13,693 nucleotides of DNA, taken from NCBI GenBank assembly GCA_950072105.1, contig CATMOE010000078.1:1-13693 (forward strand). The letters run 5' to 3'. The DNA is from an uncultured Dehalococcoidia bacterium. GTDB lineage: Bacteria; Chloroflexota; Dehalococcoidia; Lucifugimonadales; UBA3495. Shown here piece after piece: positions 7,486-13,693 of the stretch (the stretch's first letter is position 1; each line of letters opens with the position of its first letter). The position numbers and the translations under genes are program-made. Below the pieces are notes generated by a model that was given only the letters and a program-made list of their open reading frames with translations, was not told where the DNA came from and searched no databases.

Positions 7486-8394
7486 CTAAACCCGGTTAGG
7501 CCGGCCCAGCATCCGCTCCGCCATCTCCTTGTCGATGCCCCTAGGCCACTCCCGGTGTGACGGGTCGCTGATGCGAATGATCAAGGACGGGCCTAGTTCT
7601 TTGATCTCCATGCGGATAAGGTCTCCGTCCTGAACCGCTCCGATCTGCTGGTGGTTCACGCCGGTGGCGATGACGTCACCGGGTTCCAGGGTGGTGATCT
7701 TGGAGAACTCGGAGATCAGCTCGGGAATCTTGTGGGCCATGTCGCTGGTGGGGAAGTCGTGGCGGGCCTCGCCGTTGTTCCACAGGCGGATCTGAAGATC
7801 CTGGGGGTCGGGAATCTCGTCGGCGGTAACCAGCGCCGGCCCCATGGGCGCGAAAGTGTCCCAGCATTTGCCCAAGAAGAAGCTGTTCCCCACCGCTCCC
7901 GGCAGCCCCCTAGCCGACATGTCCAGGAAATTGCAGTAACCGAATATGTGGGACATCGCGTCTTCCTGGCTGACTTTGGTGGCGGTCTTGCCGATGACCA
8001 GGGCCAACTCGGGTTCGTGATGGAAAACCGTCGCCGGGGCTGGAGGCAGTTCGCAGGTGTCGCCGGTGCCTATCACAGCGTTGGGGGCTTTGAGGAAAGC
8101 GTCCAGGATCGCCGGTTCCCTCATGCCGAACTCCAGGTAGTTGACGGCGGCGCAGATCAGCTTGCCTGGACGGGGAACGGGGGCGCGTAGCCGCACACTC
8201 TCCAAGGACAGGCCGTCTTTGTTGTGGATCGCCGATTCAATCTTCGACTTTAATTGCTCCCATCCGATGATCAGCTCTTCCATCATGTCCTGGGGGCGGC
8301 GAAACTCACGGCCCTCGAATGAATCCGTTGCGTCCACGATCTGGCCGTCGCGAATGACCCCCAAGCGAAATTCGTTAAAAAACGCTAATTTCAT
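7486..8394 (-). CDS. Fumarylacetoacetate hydrolase family protein
   Basis: LRAPVPRPGKLICAAVNY, FLKAPNAVIG, HHEPELALVIGK, YCNFLDMSAR, GKCWDTFAPMGP, TLEPGDVIATG. AGGAGG at 8403-8408 favours the ATG at 8394 (MKLAFF) over 8487. Confidence 0.92.
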   Translation of the reverse strand: MKLAFFNEFRLGVIRDGQIVDATDSFEGREFRRPQDMMEELIIGWEQLKSKIESAIHNKDGLSLESVRLRAPVPRPGKLICAAVNYLEFGMREPAILDAFLKAPNAVIGTGDTCELPPAPATVFHHEPELALVIGKTATKVSQEDAMSHIFGYCNFLDMSARGLPGAVGNSFFLGKCWDTFAPMGPALVTADEIPDPQDLQIRLWNNGEARHDFPTSDMAHKIPELISEFSKITTLEPGDVIATGVNHQQIGAVQDGDLIRMEIKELGPSLIIRISDPSHREWPRGIDKEMAERMLGRPNRV

Positions 8395-8477
8395 TGCCAT
8401 CGCCTCCTGTTGAAAGGGAAATGTAGGCTCAAATTTAGTTAAAAATAAGGATTTTTGCAATTCCAGCGGACGCCGGG

Positions 8478-8506
8478 AGTGTAGCACACGGGCTATCCGC
8501 CATCAA
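8478..8506 (-). promoter_or_regulatory. Putative sigma70 promoter of the FAH-LUD-grd-DUF255 operon
   Basis: Minus strand: TTGATG (8506-8501), 17 bp, TACACT (8483-8478), with extended -10 TGn. Confidence 0.55.
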
Positions 8507-8665
8507 CAAGCCGCGTCTCGTCAATCCGGCGCCGGCTGGGATCCATCGCATTTCGCTTCCTCTGCATGCCCGGATACCAACACCCGCCAGCGTGACGATC
8601 AGGTTTTCTCAGATGCTGGCCGTGGAGATTCACGCGCCAGCCTGGGCTAGGCTCGGCATACCGCA

Positions 8666-8674
8666 TGCTACAAT
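8666..8674 (+). promoter_or_regulatory. Putative extended -10 promoter of the LLM gene
   Basis: TGcTACAAT about 45 nt upstream of the ATG at 8720; no good -35 box. Confidence 0.45.
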
Positions 8675-8719
8675 ACGCCTCGGACCGGGTCAGCAGGCTG
8701 GAATGAGAGAGGACATTCA

Positions 8720-9742
8720 ATGGACTTCGGCATTTTCACAATGTTCAGTGCCCGGGAGACCTCGACGCAACACGAGATATTCCACGAGTGGTTCGATGTC
8801 GTCCGGATCGCCGAGGAATCGGGCATTGATACCTTCTGGCTGGGTGAGTCCCACTTCAGGCCCCACCGGGCGATGATGGCCTCGCCTCTCATCGGAGCCA
8901 GCGCGGTGGCCTCCCGCACCCAGCGCATGCGGGTAGGCTTGGCGGTGCAAGTACTGCCCTTGGCAAACCCGCTAAGGATAGCTGAGGAGGCTGCCATCGT
9001 TGACCACATAAGCGAAGGCCGCTTGATCTTCGGCGTGGGGCGTAGTTCTTTTATAGAGTCCTACAACGGATATAACGTGGACTATAGCGAGAGCAGGGCG
9101 CGGTTCATGGAATCGTTGGAGGTGATCCAAAGGGCGTGGCGCAATGAGAACTTCTCTTACCACGGAGAGTTTTACGACTTCGAGAACGTGAACTTGGTGC
9201 CCAAACCCTACCAGACGCCCCACCCGCCCATTCGAGTGGCCGTGGAAAGCAGGGAAACCTTTTCCCTGGTGGGTGACATGGGATTTCCCATCTTTATCCG
9301 GCACCAAATGGATGTCTTAGAACTTCAAGACCTCTTAGGGGAATACGAGGAAAAGCGTCACAAAGCAGGGTTTGACGGTCCCAACGACGTGATCCTGCAG
9401 CTTGCCTGCTATGTGGCTGACACTGCGGAGGAGGCTCTCCATGAACCGGAAGCCAGCACCATGCGCCAGAGGCGGCTGGTCGCCGAGTCCCTGAACGCCG
9501 CCGCCGACGAGGAAGCCTACGAGCGGCTAAAGAAAATATCCGAAACGACTTACGAAGACGTGCTCACCAGAGTCATTTACGGCACACCTGAAATGGTGGT
9601 TGAGCGCCTGCACCAGTACCAAGAAGACCTGGGCATCACCGGCGTGTCGCTGGACGTAAATCCCGGCGGCCAAGTCCCCTACGACCGCGTCGTCAACTCC
9701 ATGCGCCTACTCACCGAAAAGGTCATGCCCCAGTTTAAGTAG
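8720..9742 (+). CDS. Luciferase-like (LLM class) flavin-dependent oxidoreductase
   Basis: MDFGIF, AEESGIDTFWLGESHF, RTQRMRVGLAVQVLPLANPLRIAEEAAIVDHISEGRLIFGVGR, PKPYQTPHPPIRVA, GTPEMVVERL, SMRLLTEKVMPQF. RBS GAGGA. Confidence 0.93.
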   Translation: MDFGIFTMFSARETSTQHEIFHEWFDVVRIAEESGIDTFWLGESHFRPHRAMMASPLIGASAVASRTQRMRVGLAVQVLPLANPLRIAEEAAIVDHISEGRLIFGVGRSSFIESYNGYNVDYSESRARFMESLEVIQRAWRNENFSYHGEFYDFENVNLVPKPYQTPHPPIRVAVESRETFSLVGDMGFPIFIRHQMDVLELQDLLGEYEEKRHKAGFDGPNDVILQLACYVADTAEEALHEPEASTMRQRRLVAESLNAAADEEAYERLKKISETTYEDVLTRVIYGTPEMVVERLHQYQEDLGITGVSLDVNPGGQVPYDRVVNSMRLLTEKVMPQFK

Positions 9743-9879
9743 AACATTGAGGCCCGCCGGCTGCGGCGAACTGAGACTCGCAGGAGTTCCATGCGAGATT
9801 TCGTCCAAGCGGCGCCGAGTTCTTCGTCTGCCGCCGGCTTAGATGGGAACGTTCTTCCTCAGGCTCGTTTCATGAGTTG

Positions 9880-11942
9880 TTATTCGTTGTTCCCGCTATT
9901 GTCCTGCGCCGCCCCTTTCTGAAACGAAAACGTGATGGCCTTCGTTGTCTTCGCGTCCGGCGACATTAGCTGATGCACGTCTGGTTGGCCGTCTTTGAAT
10001 CGTATGATGCCCAGATTGTTCTCTTTTCTAATCAGTTCCATTGCTCCGACAGGGGAAATGCCCCACACCGTATCGGTCCAGATGGAGCGGTCGTGGGCAT
10101 TTCAAGAATCAATCTCGAGCCAAATCAAGAGAGCGAATATGGGACGGAGTAAACGATGAAAGAACCCGACGTCGGAGCCTTCCCTCCACCCGAAGCGATG
10201 TTCGGTTCTTTCGGCGATGCGGCTGAATCTCTCCAATATGTCTAGGCCACCCCCTTACCGTGGAGGGGGCTGCTGGTAGCCTGCCAGACTTTCAAGGTTT
10301 TACCGTTGCTGACGAATTCCGCACGGTTGGTGAACGAGTAATGCACGTCGCCTGACAAGAATAGACACCAACTAGGGTCTATCCGTGACGTGAGAACATG
10401 CATCAAAGCCCCGAACCCTTCCCGGTTTCCGATCCACGATTCAAAATCGACTTCTGCCGGGCGCTTGATTGAGAACCGGACCAGGAATTTCTGCATAAAC
10501 TCCACAGGCTCGAAGCCGTACACGGGAGATGGGGAGACGATAATTAGGGGTAAATCCTTCTCCCTTGAGTACTCGGGTTGCTGCTTGAGGTCGGCCCACG
10601 CGGTTTGCAGCCAACCCAGGCCGTACCGGTCCATCAGCCGGGCGGGACCCCGATTGGAATCGAACTCCCTCTGCGTCCGGGTGTCCAGCACCATGGTGGG
10701 AGGATTAAAGGGCACAGTGTAGCCCCAACCGCGCTTGTTCCATAGGCGGCGGTCAAAGCGTTCGGCGGCGTTTCCATCTTGTAACTTGCCGCAAACGTGG
10801 TTTGAGATTGCGTCGATCAGCCGGGAAGAAATCCCTTCCGGATAGTTTCCCCAGCCTTGGAAAGCCCAATAAGCGGCCAGAGCGTTGGATACGACTCTGC
10901 GCCCGCAGGCGCTATCGCTTACGTGCCGGTACCAACGGCGGTTGAGATTCCAGTCGTCGGTCACATCGTGGTCGTCGAAAATCATGTATGTGGGAATATT
11001 TGCGAGGGCGCGGCGTACCTTCGGCAATGTTCCAGCGAATTTCTTTGTGTAAAGGAATTGCTCGTCGTAGATCGATTTGTGCTTGGCCGTCTCTTCATCG
11101 TCCATGTGAGGAAATAGGTCTTGGATGTCTCCTCAGTCTGTCAGGCCTACCTCGGTTCCGCCCCACACAGCAAGGTACATAGCGGCATATTCGCCAAAAG
11201 TCAGCAGGTGATTTTCCGACTCTCCGGAAGTGAATCCCGAGTTTGCGGCCTCCAAAGCTTTCCCACGTTGAGACAGCGGAATATCCGCTAGGTTTTCTAG
11301 TTCCGGAATCGATTCTTGCCAGCCGGTAATCTCCTGGCCCAATTTCATCAATGCCGGCATCAGGGGGAGACCCACGTCATCGGCGTAGATCTGGTCGCCT
11401 GTAAGGAACAGAATGGCGGGCCGTTTATCCAATGTTTGAGGCGCCTTGGCGATGATTCGATCGGCAACGGCCAGGCGGTCCTCGGTAGGACCTCCGTCTT
11501 CCATATAACCCGCGTGAGGCTTACGGCAAGAACCGTGAGCCAGCGTGCGAAGTTCGCTTGGAAGGAAGAAACTGGGTAACTCCAGGCCATCGTAGGCGAT
11601 GCTGTATTTGCCTTCTAATAGTTTCAATCCGGCGAGGTTGTCTGTCTCTACCGTGACGTCGTAACCGAGCAAAGTGTCACGGGGGAATTGGCCGTTCTTC
11701 GGTGGTTTGACCTCAAGCAGATGAACGAAGAGGTGATCCCCAAGACGAACAGGAGTCTCGCGCCCGCCGCGATCAGGATCGCTAGTCCCGATCGGGTCTT
11801 GGCTTTGGGAACCGCTGCCTCTTGGATCAGCGAAGACCTCTCCCCTCACGCCGATCTTTTCGCTGGTAGCGAGCCAGATACATACCCGTCCCGGATCCGC
11901 CCGTCTCAGAATCGGTCCGGCTAACACTAGTGGAAGCGGCAT
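9880..11942 (-). pseudogene. PhoD-like (alkaline phosphatase D family) metallophosphatase with two in-frame TGA codons and one frameshift
   Basis: Motifs LPLVLAGPILRR, HGSCRKPH, FLTGDQIYADDV, PTYMIFDDHDVTDDWN, LSGDVHYSF, QATSSP, ENNLGIIRF are spread over three ORFs. TGA at 11133-11135 is in frame with ORF 10242..11105; a 1-nt shift occurs at the G5 run (10250-10254); TGA at 10102-10104 is in frame with ORF 9880..10068. Confidence 0.8.
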
Positions 11943-12146
11943 GTTCCCTCCCTAGGTTAAGGCAGGATCGGTGGTAAACTCGGCTTTAGCTCGATAGCCA
12001 CTCATGTTTTCCTGAATCCTCACATAATCGATGAAGGATTCCGTGCGAATCCTGTTAGCTAGACTAGGTTTCGCATATTATCGCCTGGATTGAACGTTAC
12101 TTTACCATATGTGCGTAGATACGACTGAGGTCATTTTCGTGGCGAC

Positions 12147-12168
12147 GGTTCCAAAAAGGTGCCGAAAA
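12147..12168 (+). repeat. Imperfect tandem 11-bp repeat, possible integrase arm-type site
   Basis: GGTTCCAAAAA GGTGCCGAAAA, about 125 bp upstream of the tRNA fragment. Confidence 0.35.
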
Positions 12169-12290
12169 AGCGTCGATACTGGCGCAGATAGCCGAATCGC
12201 CCGTGATCTCCGTAAGGCGGGTTGATGGACGATAGTGAATTGGCAATACCCCAGGCGACAAGGGGACTAAACAGATATAGAATAGCCGTA

Positions 12291-12329
12291 GGAGGGATGG
12301 CCGAGCGGACGAAGGCGGCGGTCTTGAAA
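12291..12329 (+). tRNA. 5' half of tRNA-Ser(TGA), truncated after the anticodon loop (probable att-site remnant or pseudo-tRNA)
   Basis: GGAGGGATGGCCGAGCGGACGAAGGCGGCGGT-CTTGAAA gives the acceptor 5' strand, D-arm, anticodon 5' stem and loop. The next bases are TTCGA rather than the ACCGC needed to close the stem. No canonical GTTCGAATC T-arm follows. TAGAAT (-10) at 12278-12283. Confidence 0.8.
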
Positions 12330-12446
12330 TTCGATGGTGGCTGTCCTACCTTGTGTCATCGTATCTGAGCCAGTATCCTCCAGTTTGAGTTGAATCACTT
12401 CGTTGTGTCTGGAAGAACCAACAAGTGTTGTTCCGTATCATTGCTT

Positions 12447-12468
12447 ATGTTGCCAAAAATGTTGCCAA
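12447..12468 (+). repeat. Perfect 10-bp direct repeat, possible integrase arm-type site
   Basis: ATGTTGCCAA-aa-ATGTTGCCAA, about 120 bp downstream of the tRNA fragment. Confidence 0.5.
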
Positions 12469-12796
12469 CTTTGCTGGTAATTTTCATAGCTGGTTCAGAT
12501 ACGGCTGCGCAAAAAGTAAACACTTCAATTCTCTCTAATACATTTCGCTCGATAGGGCCTTTACCTGCTGAGAATTCCAGTCCGATTCTAATATAACGTA
12601 ACTAGCCTCCAGGTCGCCCCAGACTCCTTTGTGCCTTAGTAAAAAAGCGGGAGTGAAAAATTTACCATCTTAAGGTATATTCTCCACGCCTTTTTTCTGG
12701 CGCTTTTTTGTATTATCTTCAGATAATATCCACTATTGTGGCATCGCTAGCCAGACGGTGGACAAGCATCACCCACGGACGTAATATTCCCCCATA

Positions 12797-13146
12797 ATGG
12801 CTAGTGACCGTATACAGAGGCGAATTGAGCGCCTGTTTGATCAAATCGAGCAGGAAGCCGACCAGCAGAACTGGCAGCTGGTGCGTGACCTCTCGGATGA
12901 GGTCCTCAGGCTCGATCCTGACAACGGGGACGCATTGGCCTTTCTGTCGGCTGCGGAGCGAAACCGTGATGTCATCCGCAGCTACCAAGAGGTCTGCGCG
13001 GGCGCTGTGGCTTGTTTTGAGGGGTATATAGCCCAAATACCAAGGGAAGAGAGGGGCTCCTAATCTACTTTGGCCATCCTCAAGCCCATGAAGACGATCC
13101 TCAACGGGGGGCTGACTACGATGAGTTGGTTGAAAAACTAACCTGA
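12797..13146 (+). pseudogene. Remnant of a class III adenylate/guanylate cyclase domain protein (internal deletion, frameshift, truncation)
   Basis: A helical N-terminus MASDRIQRRIERLFDQIEQ..LDPDNGDALAFL is fused straight to RDVIRSYQEVCAGAVACFEGYIAQ. In another frame it continues GLLIYFGHPQAHEDDPQR, matching cyclase-ATPase proteins (..IAQYLGDGLLVYFGYPQAHEDD..). The first metal-binding FxD strand is missing. Confidence 0.75.
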
Positions 13147-13216
13147 TTTTCTTATCGGGGCCCTGTTTGGCCCGACTTTACTTACCGGTATTTCGATACG
13201 CAAAGGAGACTAAGCG

Positions 13217-13540
13217 ATGTACCTCTTGAGAAGGATCACCAAGACCCAGCAAGGCAAGGCATGGGATGTGGCCAACCTGATGTCCAAAATATGCGCTGCC
13301 TATGAGGAGAATGGGCGTAACAAGGCTCAGGTGTTCGTGTCACAGGGCCTTCCTGGCACGCCGAACGTCGTGTACACCGAGTGGACGCAAGAATCCATAG
13401 AGCCCAACTGGCCCTCGAAGGTGCCCGAGGCAGTTAGGACCCTCAACGCGCAGATGTTCCCTATGCTGACGGAGCCTTGGAGCATAGAGTTCTTTGAACT
13501 GGTGACGCCTCAGAAGCTCGAGGAGCGGAACCTAACCTAA
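13217..13540 (+). CDS. Hypothetical protein, possibly dimeric alpha/beta barrel (NIPSNAP/ABM-like)
   Basis: Strong RBS AAAGGAG; 107 aa with a beta-alpha-beta-beta-alpha-beta-like pattern (MYLLRRITKTQQGKAWDVA...NVVYTEW...IEFFELV). The fold is inferred. Confidence 0.7.
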   Translation: MYLLRRITKTQQGKAWDVANLMSKICAAYEENGRNKAQVFVSQGLPGTPNVVYTEWTQESIEPNWPSKVPEAVRTLNAQMFPMLTEPWSIEFFELVTPQKLEERNLT

Positions 13541-13542
13541 AA

Positions 13543-13693
13543 TCAATCTCGTCCACTTGGTCTAAGCGTACGTTTACCACCCTCACCAACCAGGGGGACG
13601 CTGTAGCTGGCGGAGTATTCCTCCGGAAAGTCCACGGTCTTCTGGAACACGGAGCTGTCCACGACGCCGGTGCAGCCATTGTAGCGACCTGCG
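13543..13693 (-). CDS. 3' end of a small KOW/SH3-like hypothetical protein, possibly frameshifted; 5' part outside the window
   Basis: The frame from 13692 reads AGRYNGCTGVVDSSVFQKTVDFPEEYSASYSVPL, with a KOW-like GxYxGxxGxV. A protein-like VVNVRLDQVDEI tail sits in an adjacent frame. Confidence 0.35.
   Translation of the reverse strand, partial: AGRYNGCTGVVDSSVFQKTVDFPEEYSASYSVPLVGEGGKRTLRPSGRD

Noticed and set aside
9756..9838. GC-rich stems after the LLM gene (CTCGCA/TGCGAG, GCCGGC ends) as terminator or ncRNA
   Set aside because: The stems are short, there is no U-tract, and such pairing is expected by chance at this GC content.
10102..11135. Sec read-through or genome-wide UGA recoding explaining the two TGAs in the PhoD-like gene
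   Set aside because: The gene also has a frameshift, the TGAs are in variable linker regions, I saw no SECIS-like stem at the right distance, the other long genes have no internal TGA, and the DUF255 gene appears to end on TGA.
12291..12329. tRNA-Sec (selC) accompanying the selenoprotein
   Set aside because: The anticodon loop is CTTGAAA (anticodon TGA, Ser); tRNA-Sec would read CTTCAAA. The gene is also incomplete.
12390..12605. ORF 12390..12596 (plus) and an open antisense frame LRYIRIGLEFSAGKGPIERNVLERIEVF
   Set aside because: The antisense frame has no proper start codon, neither has recognisable homology, and both run through the att-like repeats. At most a remnant.
1..13693. CRISPR array, intact transposase or integrase
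   Set aside because: No regularly spaced repeats or recombinase motifs were seen in the window.

Overview
This is a GC-rich bacterial window; the gene content suggests SAR202/Dehalococcoidia-like Chloroflexota (inference). Left to right it holds: (1) a citrate synthase running off the left edge, with a clear sigma70 promoter; (2) a TPR putative lipoprotein; (3) a five-gene minus-strand operon of an FAH-family hydrolase, a LUD/DUF1121-domain protein, a GrdE/GrdI-like reductase B subunit, a GrdB-like selenoprotein and a DUF255/YyaL thioredoxin-(alpha/alpha)6 protein; (4) a divergent luciferase-like monooxygenase; (5) a PhoD-like phosphatase pseudogene with three lesions; (6) a promoter-bearing 5' half of tRNA-Ser(TGA) between integrase-arm-like repeats; (7) an adenylate-cyclase remnant, a small hypothetical gene and a partial KOW-like ORF. 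The best candidate for an undescribed system is the operon, a non-canonical glycine/betaine-reductase 'protein B' module. Its GrdB has an in-frame UGA with a SECIS-like hairpin, but UxxSxxS replaces UxxCxxC. Its partner subunit lacks the pyruvoyl-forming Cys. No grdA/C/D or trxAB is in the operon, and a CxxC DUF255 protein follows directly.
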